NCBI GenBank assembly: GCA_030390025.1
Contig: CM059431.1
Location: 103,418,001 to 103,482,000 of the forward strand
Origin: Squalus acanthias
Taxonomy: Eukaryota
Direction: 5' to 3'
DNA: 64,000 bases
Shown: positions 25,292-37,365 of the stretch, piece after piece
Position numbering within the stretch: the first letter of the stretch is position 1
Layout: each line of letters begins with the position of its first letter
Notes under the pieces: generated by a model
What the model was told of the DNA's origin: nothing
Seen by the model: the letters and a program-made list of their open reading frames with translations, nothing else
Database searches by the model: none
Translations under genes and position numbers: made by a program

Positions 25292-26099
25292 AATGGGTGC
25301 AGTGGGAGCTCCAATGGAAAGTAACTGTCACAGTCCCGTAGGCTGGTCTCCAGGTGACGGTAACAATATGATAGACGTTGCAATAAGCATAAGAATTTAA
25401 CAAATCTTTTAACTAAAAAATGGATGTAAAAATGCAAGTCCTTGGTGGGCATCTTTAGCGTCCCTGTAATTACCCTCCTCTGGTACCTTTGACAGGAACA
25501 TTTAATCAGACCCACTGTTTCCTCGCAAGCCTAAACTAGAAGGCTAGATGAATCAATTTGCTGCAGCGATATGAGGTTATTGCCAATTATGTGTGAGTTC
25601 AAAGTCTGCTGCTCGGAGAAGAATTGAAAAAACAGACACCTCTTTGATTTTAAGTCTAAGCTGGCGGTTCAAAGGCAAACACCAGGAACGAAAAGTTTTT
25701 ACTTGACCCTCACTCTATTGATTTCACTGATGGACATAACCGGCAATGCACAGATACAATCACGCAAGTTGCAAGGGTGGAGCTCCACAGAGCTGAGATC
25801 GATGGTTTTTGAAGTAACAGAAGGGGACACTTGAGTTGTTCAGATACTGAATACAAGGAAGTCAGTTCTTCCGCTCGCTGTACTGTCACTCCTTACTTTA
25901 ATCAGCATCCGAGTCACAATTTAAAAGAAATAAATACAATAAGCAAAATAAAATAAATAACAAACATGATCCGGGGTAGGTCATCCATTTGAAAAGGACA
26001 ATTAACCACAGTAACGGAAACGAGCTATCGAATGGGTAAACAAAAGCAATACCAACACAGCTCCACAAACACAAAGTGATTTTGAATTCCCAAACCTTT

Positions 26100-26300
26100 A
26101 TCAGTTACGTGGATAGACTAGAGAGGCTAGGGTTGTGCTCCTTCGAGCAGAGAAGGTTGAGGGGAGATTTAATAGAGGCGTTCAAAATCATGAGGGGTTT
26201 TGATAGAGTAAAGAAGGAGAAACTGTTGCCACTGGCAGGAGGGTCGGTAACCAGAGGACACAGATTGAAGGTAATTGGCAAAAGAACCAGAGGGGAGACT
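26100..26300 (+). mobile_element. CR1 LINE fragment
   Basis: It encodes SYVDRLERLGL.SFEQRRLRGDLIEAFKIM. Confidence 0.85.
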
Positions 26301-26424
26301 ATGTTGTTCAGATGCTAAATACAAGGAAGTAAGTTATTCCATTCGCAGTACTGACATTCCTTACTTTAATGAGCATCCCAGTCACAATTTACAAGAAATA
26401 AATACAATAAGCAATAAGCTCACA

Positions 26425-26860
26425 AGAAGATCGACACCATCCAGGACAAAGCAGCCCGCTTGATCGGCACCCCATCCACCACCTTAAACATTCAGTCCCT
26501 CCACCACCGGCGCACCGTGGCTGCAGTGTGTACCATCTACAAGATGCACTGCAGCAACTCGTCAAGGCTTCTTCGGCAGCACCTCCCAAACCCGCGACCT
26601 CTTCCACCTAGAAGGACAAGGGCAGCAGGCGCATGGGAACACCACCACCTCCAAGTTCCCCTCCAAGTCACACACCATCCTGACATGGAAATATATCGCC
26701 GTTCCTTCATCGTCGCTGGGTCAAAATCCCGGAACTCCCTCCCTAACAGCACTGTGGGATCACCTTCACCACACGGACTGCAGCGGTTTAAGAAGGTGGC
26801 TCACCACCACCTTCTCAAGGGCAACTAGGGATGGGCCACATCCCATGAGTGAATAAATTA
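26425..26860 (+). mobile_element. Non-LTR LINE 3' end (same family as 18797-19215)
   Basis: ORF 26460-26828 reads SLHHRRTVAAVCTIYKMH...NSLP. Confidence 0.78.
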
Positions 26861-27009
26861 AAAAAAAGAGAATTATTTTTACTCAGCGAGTTGTTATGAT
26901 CTGGAATGTACTGCCTGAAAAGGTAACTTTGACAATCTCTGCTCCGGGGGCTTGAGCGGTATATTACTCTGCCAAACATGGGTGCGTGGCTCAGTCTACC
27001 ATTGGGCTG

Positions 27010-27380
27010 GAGAACGAGGAGGGGCAAGAACAGCCAATCAGGGGTCAGAGGGTTGCTGCAGCCCTGAATCTCTATGGGCTGCCACAGGTGACATAAGCCA
27101 ACTTGCAGTCCGTTGCTGCATCAAGCAGGTGACGGATGCACGCTGCGTCAAACAAAACTAATTCATCGCGCTCCCCGTGGAGGCAGCAAAGCAGGAAGAC
27201 AGGTCTCTGGGTTTTTCCAGGATATCAGGCTTCCCTTAGGTCCATGGCATAATTGACCACACCCACGTTGACTAACGTGCTCCACATCAAGAACCGGGAG
27301 TAGACATGAACAGGAAGAGCAGACACTCACTCAGTGTTCAGCTGGTGTGTGAGGACAGGCAGCGCAACCTTCAAGTGGGC
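27010..27380 (+). pseudogene. Decayed PIF/Harbinger (HARBI1-like DDE) transposase fragment
   Basis: Manual translation gives ATGDISQLAVRCCIKQVTDA...ISGFP*VHGIIDHTHV...NRKSRHSLSVQLVCED. This matches the Harbinger motif AGFP.V.GAIDCTHV...NRKGFHSLNVQLVCD. Confidence 0.82.
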
Positions 27381-27384
27381 TGAC

Positions 27385-28160
27385 CCTCCCAGTGCCGTGC
27401 TGAGGGAGCGCCGCACAGTCAGAGGTGCTGTCTTTCGGGTGAGACGTTAAACCGAGGCCCCGTCTGCTCTCTCAGGTGGAAGCAAAAGATCCCATGGCCA
27501 CTATTTTGAAGAAGAGCAGGGGAGTTCTCCCCGGTGCCTTGGCCAAGAATTATCCCTTAGCTCGGTTCTCGGATCTCGGTTTCATGTCACGCTACAGGAC
27601 GTGACTAGAGTCAAGACTAGAGTCCAGACTAGAGTCGTCGGTGTCTTGTTCGCAGATGTGATTTCCAGTTTAAAAAAAAAAGTAAAAAGCTTAACTGCAG
27701 ACTGCAGCATTTGACACGTTGGACCCCCTGTGACCCCACCTCATTGTCTTAGCTGTATTCTGCTGTGTCTTTGATGTAATGCCTCCCTGACGGATTGTAT
27801 CTCTGCAGACACATTGTTCTCTGTCTATATATACTTTGTAACTGATTTGTATTCCCTCACTTTACCTGACGAAGGAGCAGCAGCTCCGAAAGCTCGTAAT
27901 TTCAAATAAAACTGTTGGACTATAACCTGGTGTTGTGCGACTTCTCATTTTTATCCCTTAGCTGACATCACTAAAAATAGATGATCTGCTCGTTTATCTC
28001 ATTGCTGTTGTGTGGGACCTTGCTGTGCGCAAATTGGCTGCTGCGTTTCCTACATTACAACAGTGACCACACTGCAAAAATACTTCATTGGCTGTAAAAA
28101 CGCTTTGGGACGTCTTGAGGTTGTGAAAGGCGCTGTAGAAATGCAAGTCTTTCTTTCTTT
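27385..28160 (+). mobile_element. Deu-SINE interrupted by a Penelope-like element
   Basis: The Deu core lies before 27560 and the SINE body and tail follow 27964. Confidence 0.85.
27563..27950 (+). mobile_element. Penelope-like element 3' fragment with hammerhead motif and 13-bp TSD
   Basis: It starts with the ORF end DLGFMSRYRT*, has ctgacga...gaaagctc at 27866, and TSD ttatcccttagct at 27550 and 27951. Confidence 0.87.
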
Positions 28161-28837
28161 ACCACCAATTACTGTCCTGTCACGACAATTAACAGTGAGA
28201 GGAAATCTTTACCATTGTCAGTCTTACTGAAAAGGTTATGATTTTAATCCTCAAGTTGAGAATTCCATCTGCCTCAGCTCATTAAAAAAATTGTACATAA
28301 ATTTTAGGTCATTTAATTTAACCAGCTGGATCAAATGACCATAAAGTCAGATATTATTTTGTCTTTAATGAATCCAGGGAGACCGTAATATGTCTCTAAA
28401 CCAAAATAATTTTTAATGAACTTTACACAGGCTAAAGAAGGGTCATAGGCCCGAGATGCAAATTGACTTCAAAATGGCAGTTCCAGTTGTGGAGCGGAGG
28501 GGTAGGCTGGAGGGAAGTTGATTTTGAAAATACTTAAGCTCTAAATCATTTAAAGAACAAAGAAAATAATAAATAAAAACAAAAAATGCTGGAAATACTC
28601 AGCAGGCCAGGCAGCATCTATGGAGGGAGAAAGAGAGGTAACGTTTCAGGTCGATTACCTTTTCCTCTTGGCATGAGCCAATAGTGTGAAAACTATTTCA
28701 CCACTCCGTTAGTTTTTGAATTTATGTCAGTGGATGTGTCATCCGTTGCTCAGTGATTAGCACCCCAGTCAGAAAGTTGTGGGTTCAAGTCCCACTCCAG
28801 AGACTTGAGCACAAAAATCTAGGCTGACACTCCCAGT

Positions 28838-31443
28838 GCAGTACTGAGAGATTGCTGCACTGTCGGAAAGGCAGTACTGAGGGAGCGCCGCACTGTTGGA
28901 GGGGTAGAACAGAGGGAGTGCTGCACTGTCGGAGAGGCAGTACTGAGGGAGCGCCGCACTGTCGGAGGGGCGGTACTGAGGGAGCACCGCATGTCGGAGG
29001 GGCAGTACTGAGGGAGCGCCGCACTGTCGGAGGGGCAGTACTGAGGGAGTGCTGCACTGTCGGAGGGGCATTACTGAGGGAGCGCCGCCCTGTCGGAGGG
29101 GTAGTACTGAGGGACTGCTGCACTGTCGGAGGGGCATTACTGAGGTAGCGCCGCCCTGTCGGAGGGGCAGTACTGAGGGAGTGCCGCACTGTCGGAGAGG
29201 CAGTACTGAGGGAGCACTGCACTGTCGGAGAGGCAGTACTGAGGGAGAGCTGCACTGTCAGAGAGGCAGAACAGAGGGAGCGCTGCACTGTTGGAGGGGC
29301 AGAACTGAGGGAGCGCCGCACTGTCGGAGGGACAGTACTGAGGGAGTGCTGCACTGTCAGAGGAGCATTACTGAGGGAGCGCCGCCCTGTCAGAGGGGCG
29401 GTACTGAGGGAGCGCTGCACTGTCGGAGGGGCAGTACTGAGGGAGCGCCGCATTGTCAGAGGGGCAGTACTGAGGGAGCGCCGCACTGTCGGAAGGGCAT
29501 TATTGAGGGAGCGCCGCCATGTCGGAGGGGCAGTACTGAGGGAACGCTGCACTGTCAGAGGGGCAGTACTGAGGGAGTGCTGAACTATTGGAGAGGCAGT
29601 ACTGAGGGAGTGCTGCACTGTCGGAGGGGCAGTACTGAGGGAGTGCTGCACTGTCGGAGGTGCATTACTGAGGGAGCGCTGCCCTGTCGGAGGGACAGTA
29701 CTGAGGGAGTGCTGCCCTGTCAGAGGGGCGGTACTGAGGGAGCGCTGCACTGTCAGAGGGGCAGTACTGAGGGAGCGCCGCATTGTCGGAGGGACAGTAC
29801 TGAGGGAGCGCCGCACTGTCGGAAGGGCATTACTGAGGGAGCGCCGCCCTGTCGGAGGGGCAGTACTGAGGGAACGCTGCACTGTCAGAGGGGCAGTACT
29901 GAGGGAGTGCTGCACTATCGGAGGGGCGGTACTGAGGGAGCGCTGCACTGTCCGAGGGGCAGTACTGAGGGAGCGCTGCACTGTCGGAGGGGCAGTACTG
30001 AGGGAGCGCTGCATTGTCAGAGGGGCAGTACTGAGGGAGTGCTGCACTGTCGGAGGGGCATTACTGAGGGAGCACTGCACTGTCGGAGAGGCAGAACAGA
30101 GGGAGCGCTGCACTGTTGGAGGGGCAGTACCTAGGGAGTGCTGCACTGTCGGAGGGGCATTACTGAGGGAGTGCCACACTGTCGGAGGGGCAGTACTGAG
30201 GGAGTGCCGCACTGTCAGAGGGGCATTACTGAGGGAGCGCCGCCCTGTCAGAGGTGGGGTACTGAGGGAGCGCTGCACTGTCGGAGGGGCAGTACTGAGG
30301 GAGCGCCGCATTGTTGGAGGGGCAGCACTGAGGGAGCGCCGCACTGTCGGAAGGGCATTACTGAGGGAGCGCCGCCCTGTCGGAGGGACAGTACTGAGGG
30401 AAAGCTGTACTGTCAGAGGGGCAGTACTGAGGGAGTGCTGCACTATCGGAGGGGCAGTACTGAGGGAACACTGCAGTGTCGGAGAGGCAGTACTGAGGGA
30501 GCACTGCACTGTCGGAGAGGCAGTACTGAGGGAGTGCTGCACTGTCAGAGAGGCAGAACAGAGGGAGTGCTGCACTGTTGGAGGAGCAGAACAGAGAGAG
30601 CGCTGCACTGTCGGAGGGGCAGTACTGAGGGAGTGCTGCACTGTCGGAGGGGCATTACTGAGGGAGCGCCGCACTGTCGGAGGGGCATTACTGAGGGAGC
30701 GCCGCTCTGTCAGAGGGGCAGTACTGAGGGAGCACCGCACTGTCGGAAGGGCATTACTGAGGGAGCGCCACCCTGTCGGAGGGGCAGTACTGAGGGAACG
30801 TTGCACTGTCAGAGAGGCAGTACTGAGGGAGCGCTGCACTGTGGGAGGAGCGAGACTGAGCGAGTGCTGCACTGTCGGAGGGGCATTACTGAGGGAGCGC
30901 CGCACTGTCAGAGGGGCAGTACTGAGGGAGCACCGCACTGTCGGAAGGGCATTACTGAGGGAGCGCCACCCTGTCGGAGGGGCAGTACTGAGGGAACGCT
31001 GCACTGTCAGAGAGGCAGTACTGAGGGAGTGCTGCACTGTCGGAGGGGCAGTACTGAGGAAGCGCCGCACTGTCGGAGGGGCAGTACTGAGGGAGCGCCG
31101 CACTGTCGGAGGGGCATTACTGAGGGAGCGCCACCCTGTCGGAGGGGCAGTACTGAGGGAACGCTGCACTGTCAGAGAGGCAGTACTGAGGGAGCGCTGC
31201 ACTGTGGGAGGAGCGAGACTGAGCGAGTGCTGCACTGTCGGAGGGGCAGTACTGAGGGAGCGCCGCACTGTCGGAGGGGCAGTACTGAGGGAGCGCCGCA
31301 CTGTCGGAGGGGCATTACTGAGGGAGCGCTGCACTGTCGGAGGGGCAGTACTGAGGGAGCGCTGCACTGTCGGAGGGGCGGTACTGAGGGAGCGCTGCAC
31401 TTTCGGAGGGGCAGTACTGAGGGAGTGCTGCACTGTTGGAGGT
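28838..31443 (+). repeat. 33-bp minisatellite, about 79 units (cagtactgagggagcgccgcactgtcggagggg)
   Basis: Direct tandem repeats with no spacers. The unit is 11 codons long, which explains the repetitive ORFs. Confidence 0.97.
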
Positions 31444-31517
31444 GCCGTCTTTCAGATGAGACGTTAATCCGAGGCCCCGTCTGCTCTCTCAGGTGGATGT
31501 AAAAGATCCCACGGCAC

Positions 31518-31652
31518 CAATGTTCCCTTTAAGCTGCGCAGCCGTGCAGCGCTCTGGTGTTCCTGTGCAGCTGGCTATTAAACGGGAGAACTGCGCATGC
31601 ACGGACTCTTGAATGGGTCACACGGCCCAAAAAATAATTCGAGGGAACAATG
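31518..31652. mobile_element. 135-bp hAT-type MITE
   Basis: TIRs caatgttccct and agggaacaatg, with 8-bp TSD cacggcac/cacagcac inside the SINE. Confidence 0.8.
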
Positions 31653-31754
31653 CACAGCACTAATTCGAAGAAGAGCCGGGGAATCATCCGCGGTGTCCTG
31701 GCCAATATTGATCCCTCAATTAACATCACGAAACCAGATTATCAGGTCATTATC

Positions 31755-32378
31755 AGGTCAGGTTAAGAAGGCAAATAGTATGTTGGCCTTCATTGCGAGA
31801 GGTTTCGAGTACAGGAGCAAGGATGTCTTGCTGCAGTTGTACAGGGCCTTGGTGAGACCACACCTTGAGTATTGTGTGCAGTTTTGGTCGCCTTATCTGA
31901 GGATGGATGTTCTTGCCACGGAGGGAGTGCAGCGAAGATTCACCAGGCTGATACCTGGGATGGCAGGAATGACGTATGAGGAGAGATTGGGTCGATTAGG
32001 CTTATATTCGCTAGAGTTTAGAAGAATGAGAGGGGATCTCATTGAAACTTATAAAATTCTAACAGGACTAGACAGACTAGATGCAGGAAGGATGTTCCCG
32101 ATGGCGGGGGAGTCCAGAACCAGGAGTCACAGTCTAAGGATAAGGGGTAAGCCATTTAGGACTGAGATGAGGAGGCAGTTGAGGCCAATTCATTAAATAT
32201 ATTCAAGAAGGAGTTAGATATATTTCTTAAGGCTAAGGGGATCAAGGGATATGGGGAGAAAGCAGGGACAGGGTACTGAATTTGGATGATCAGCCATGAT
32301 CTCATTAAATGGCGGAACAGGCTCGAGGCTCCGAATGGCCTACTCCTGCTCCTATCTTCTATGTTTCTATGTTTCTAT
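31755..32378 (+). mobile_element. CR1 LINE 3' fragment (young subfamily, (tttctatg)n tail)
   Basis: ORF 31597-32196 C-terminal part, nearly identical to 40680-41350. Confidence 0.93.
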
Positions 32379-33375
32379 CACATGGCTGTTTGTGGGAGCT
32401 TGCTGTGCGTAAATTGGCTGCCCGCGTTTCCTACATTGCAACAGTGACTATACTGCAGAAAGTACTTCACTGGCTGTAAAGCCCTTTGGGACGTCCGGTG
32501 GTCGTGAAAGATGCTGTTGAAATGCAACTATCTCTTAATGGTAAGGAGCTCTGGAACCCACCCACTGCCAATGATGTAGCTCTCGCTCTCTACCAGTTTC
32601 AATACAGAATTACATGGAATATACGGCACAGAAACAGGCCATTCGGCCCAACCAGTCTATGCCGGCGTTTATGCTCCACTCGAGCCTCCTCCCGTCTTTC
32701 CTCATGTAACTCTATCTATCTATATGGGCAGAAATTCTCCTAATTTTGAAATGTGCCTAATTGGCAGTAGAATTTATTTTGCTAAATTGAAGCTTGATCT
32801 CCTGGGCACTGCTTCCAGCAACCGTGGAGAGAGAAACAATTACTGGAGCATTCCATTTTGTTCGAAAACTTTGATTCATTCGCTATAAAAATATTGTTGA
32901 TGGGGAAAAGAATGGCCGCTTGCCAGAGAGTCAAGGAGCATCCACTCGGGTGAAGGAGAATCTGTTCACTTTCCGATTGGAAGGCAATGTGCCGTGAGAA
33001 TGGTCGGGCAGGAGTGTAGGGAGCGGGGGGTGGGGCGGGGTGGGCGGAGGCGGGAGGGTCATGTGACGATACCTCCAGGGATATGGCCAACCAGAGTTGG
33101 CAACCCTAGGACCGAATGACATTGTTAATATGTGAACCGTTATCAGCTCGCACTTCCAGCCAGTTTGTGGGCAAAACTTGTTCGAGCTAGATTGATTCCT
33201 GGGGTGAGAGGGCTGTCCTATGAGGAGAGATTGTGTAGAATGGGCCGATACTCTCTGGAGTTTAGAAGAATGAGAGGTGATCTCATTGAAACATACAAGA
33301 TTCTGAAGGGGATTGACCAGGTAGATGCTGAGAGGTTGTTTCCCCTGGCTGGAGTGTCTAGAACTAGGGGACATA

Positions 33376-34123
33376 GGGGTAAAAATTCAGTTGGTTGCGC
33401 CTCCCGTTAGCGCCTGAAGAGGGCGCTAATGGGACGCAAAGCCGCTAACGCCCGGGCGCAGCGATGTTTGCGCCGCTCGGGAACTTAACTAGAGATTGTG
33501 CGGCGGCGCTAAACTTTACCGCTGCGACCACCTGCGCGCGCAGATTGTGACGTCATTCCATGGTGCAACGCCCTTGTGGCGCCCCGGAGCGGAAATTGAG
33601 TGGCGCCCCCTGCCTTACCACCTGGCGCATCCAACGACCGGAAGACTGGAACGCTATCAATCGCTGTGGGGCTGGGGGGGGGCGCTATTTAAAGGGGGCC
33701 TCTTCCTGTCTTTTTCTGTGGTTGACATTTTTGCACCACTCGTTCTGAGAGAGAGAGAGAGATTCGGAGAGAGAGAAAGAGAGACTTCTGCATTGAGTCA
33801 ACGCTTTGTGAGGTAGTTTTGCCTACTGATCCTAACAGTTGGCCCCCCCCCCCCCCCGCTTTAAGAAGTGGCCGGCGCCAGTGTGTCTGTGTTCCCTCGC
33901 TAACTGGCAGCAGCTGCGCTGTGCTCGTGCGCTGAGTTAGCGCCTCACTGCTCGGCCTTTGCGCCTTAAGACAGGTGTGCAGCGCCTGATTTAGCGCTCC
34001 ACTCACCTCCCGGGGCGGTAAAAGTAAAGTTTCCAGTCAGTGGCGATAATTAGCGCCAGGCGCTAATATTTGCGTCCAGACGATATTTGCGCCCCAAATG
34101 GGGCGCGACCTAATTTTTCCCCC
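33376..34123. mobile_element. GC-rich Harbinger-type MITE family C
   Basis: TIRs ggggtaaaaatt and aatttttccccc. The TSD ata restores the CR1 sequence ggacatagtctcagg. Confidence 0.87.
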
Positions 34124-34254
34124 ATAGTCTCAGGATAAGTGGTCGGCCATTTAGGACTGAGATATGGAGGAATTTCTTCACTCAGAGGGTTGTGAATCTT
34201 TGGAATTCTCTGCCCCAGAGGGCTGTGAATGCTGAGTCTTTGAGTATATTCAAG

Positions 34255-34525
34255 ATGCGGAGATGCCGGTGTTGGACTGGGGTGGACAAAAGTGAGAAGT
34301 CGCACAACACCAGGTTATAGTCCAACAGCTTTATTTGAAATCACAAGCTTTCGGAGCGCTGCTCCTTCGTCAGGTGAAGTGAAGAAATACAAATGGGCAC
34401 AGCATTCAAGGCATTGTTCTCTGTCTATATATGTTGTGCCCATTTGTATTTCTTCACTTCACCTGACGAAGGAGCAGCGCTCCGAAAGCTTGTGATTTCA
34501 AATAAAGCTGTTGGACTATAACCTG
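34255..34525. mobile_element. Penelope-like element as an inverted pseudo-LTR pair with two hammerhead motifs
   Basis: 92-bp inverted arms at 34310-34401 and 34435-34526, with TSD gagtatattcaag at 34242 and 34526. Confidence 0.9.
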
Positions 34526-35399
34526 GAGTATATTCAAGGCTGAGACCGATAGATTTTTGGACTCTAGGGGAATCAAGGGAGATGGAGATCGGGCGGGAAA
34601 GTGGAGATGAGGTCGATGATCAGCCATGATCTTATTGAATGGCGGAGCAGGCTCGAGGGGCTGTATGGCCTACTCCTGCTCCTAATTTCTATGTTCTTAT
34701 GAGCTGAAAGGCGCAGGAACAAGTCTAACTAGCGGGGCATGCCGTGAGATGTCCCGCTCCTGCAAATCCTGGGCCAGTACCTTTGAAGTCCTTTGGGTAG
34801 AACATTGCTGGAACACAGGGAATTGTTCCAGGCAATAACTTCGTGTCTGCCATCTGCTGATGGTCTTATTTTTGTTTGCCTGCCAGTTTCATCATCAGAA
34901 CTCAATTATCCGCTCTGAGTCACTCCCTTCTCCTGATTGGTAAAATCAAACACCAATCTGCATGTTGCCGGGGTTACATAACAACAGAGTACAAAGTGCG
35001 TACCTGCTGAGTTTCTGACGGCCCAGCTTGTTTGATCTTTAAACTAGGTGCAACGTTTGGTTATTTCTGTCACTAACTCACTCTCTGATCATTTGAAAAC
35101 AGTCATCAAAGCGCCAACTGTTACGCGCGACCATCAGCTCAACTGTGTCCAAGTGACCTTTAATTGCTATCTTGGTATCACCAGATTTGGCTCCACGACA
35201 GGGATAATTGGAACCGTCACAAGCAGGAAGCTACTGCTTTCGATTATGATCCACTCCAGATTTCAAAAGATCTCATCGCAGATCAACCAGGTCATATCTG
35301 ATGCTGCCGTAATTCATCCACATGCAGCTTAATATTTTACTTGGCTTGACACTCGACTTTAAAGAATTACGTGTCGCAGCACAGGCTAGTTTTGCTAAG

Positions 35400-36259
35400 G
35401 CCATCCCCACGCCTCCACTACTCGCCTTCAAGCAGCCGCCTAACCTCAAAAGTACCATCGTTCGCAGCAGATTACCCATCTTTCAGGAGAACAGCAACCA
35501 CGACACCACACAACCCTGCCACGGCAACCTCTGCAAGACATGCCAAATCATGGACACAGATACCATCATCACACGTGAGGACACTACCCACCAGGTACAC
35601 GGTACATACTCATGTGACTCGGCCAACGTTGTCTACCTGATACGTTGCAGTAAAGGATGCTCCAGAGCATGGTACATCGGCGAGACCATGCAGACACTGA
35701 GACAACGTATGAACGGACACCACGCAACAATCGCCAGGCAGGAGGGTTGCCTCCCAGTCGGGGAACACTTCAGCAGCCAGGGGCATTCAGCCTCGGATCT
35801 GCGGGTAAGCGTTCTCCAAGGCGGCCTTCGGGATACACGACAGCGCAAAATCATAGAGCAGAAACTGATAGCCAAGTTCCGCACTCATGAGGATGGCCTC
35901 AATCGCGATATCGGGTTCATGTCACGATACAGAACGTGACTTGACATCATGGCCGGTCTTTCCAGGTGTTTTTTTTTAAAAAGACTAACACAAGAACCAA
36001 CACAAATTGACAGGATATGCAGCCAGCAGGTGTTTTGACATGTTGGACCCCCTGGGACACATCTCATTGTCTTGGCTGTGCTCTTAGTGTGTCTTTGATG
36101 TAGGGAAAGATTTGAATAGATTTTGTCTGTGTTTATATTGTGAATTCTGGGAGATTCTCTCACTGCTACCCTACCTGAGGAAGGAGCGAACCGCTCCGAA
36201 AGCTTGTAAAATTAAATAAATCTGTTGGACTATAACCTGGTGTTGTGCGACTTCTCATT
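35400..36259 (+). mobile_element. Penelope-like element 3' part encoding a GIY-YIG endonuclease
   Basis: ORF reads PLLAFKQPPNLK, PCHGNLCKTC, NVVYLIRC...WYIGET.QTLRQRMNGH, EHF...H, EQKLI.KF...GLNRD. A hammerhead motif ctgagga...gaaagcttg lies at 36175. Confidence 0.93.
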
Positions 36260-36318
36260 TTAGTTTTGAAGGGATGGTGAAGGAATTGACTATGGCATGG
36301 TGGGCAAAATTGTTTGTG

Positions 36319-36530
36319 CGTCAGCCGTGGCTGATGGGTGTTTCTCTCGCCTCTGAGTCAGAAGGGTCGTGGGTTGAAGTCCCACTCCAGAGACTTGAGC
36401 TCATAATCTCGGCCGACACTCCCAGTGCAGGGCCGAGGGTGTGCCGCACTGGCGGAGGTGCCGTCCTTTTGGGTGAGACATTAAACCGAGGCCCCGTATG
36501 CTCTCTCAGGTGGACGTAAAAGATCCAATG
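36319..36530 (+). mobile_element. Deu-SINE 5' half
   Basis: tRNA-like head and the start of the Deu core. Confidence 0.8.
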
Positions 36531-37365
36531 ATGGGGCACGCTGTGAGATGGTGCCCTCCAGCAAGGTCCACCCCCTTATATCGACAGTGCGGAAAGAGGT
36601 TTTCAAGACGATGAGAGATTTTGATAGAGCAGATGGAGAAAATTTATTCCCGCTGGAAAGTGGGCCAATAACTAAAGTCACGGACTCAAAATCATTGACT
36701 AAAGATCTAGAGGGGAGATGAGGAGAAATCTTTTCACTCGGAGAGTTGTCGGGGATCGGGATCGCTCGACCTGAAAAGGTGGTGGAAGCTGATTACATCA
36801 ATAATATTAGAAGGGAGTCGGACGGGTTCTGGAGGGTGAGGAGCTCACAGGGTTACGGACAAAAAGCGGGAGGTGTGTGTGGGACTGAGCACGACGGCTT
36901 AACGTCTCATCCAAAAGCTGCAACCTGGTTGATGAAGAACGGGTTCACAAGTTCATTGCACGTAAGGGTAATGAATTCTTGCTCCTGGCTCTAAGCTCGG
37001 GCCATTAACACACAGAAAATCCTGCATTGCCCGCATGATCTCTGCATTGGAATTTCCCGATACACACTCCTGGCAGACAAAGCTCCGTGTCCCGAGTGTC
37101 AATTCATAAAATTACTCCTAACGACGCACAGAGGGAAACTTTTCCCATTCACATTTTTTATCCAAAATCTATACGGCAGTTGCTCCGGAATTTGGCTGCA
37201 CTTGTTCTTCATCCATGCTATCGACCTGGTATTGTCATCAAAAGTGATGGTCCCTTTGCTCTTGACACGGCCCTCTGCATAACAATAAGTTCACTGTCTG
37301 AATAAGGAACAGCAGCCAATCAGTTCAGGCAAATATAGACAGAATGGAACAATAGATGGACAAAT

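Larger units (their letters stand above)
28742..32530 (+). mobile_element. Deu-SINE expanded by an internal 33-bp array and interrupted by a hAT MITE and a CR1
   Basis: tRNA-like head at 28742-28835, array, Deu core at 31440-31750, and tail at 32379-32530. Confidence 0.85.
33188..34700 (+). mobile_element. CR1 3' fragment interrupted by a Harbinger MITE and a PLE
   Basis: It encodes RLIPGVRGLSYEERL...SRTRGH, resumes agtctcaggataag at 34126, and ends in the tail tatgttcttatg. Confidence 0.9.

Noticed and set aside
28838..31443. CRISPR-like array of 33-bp repeats
   Set aside because: The units are head-to-tail with no unique spacers, there are no cas genes, and the unit derives from a eukaryotic SINE.
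28785..31502. 882-aa, 361-aa and 454-aa ORFs (mucin-like or Cys/His-rich)
   Set aside because: They are translations of the 33-bp minisatellite, open on both strands, with no gene context.
35000..35332. Possible host exon (ORF 35048-35332; reverse-strand donor near 35001)
   Set aside because: It gives no recognisable protein, and manual translation of the reverse strand hit stops in all frames.
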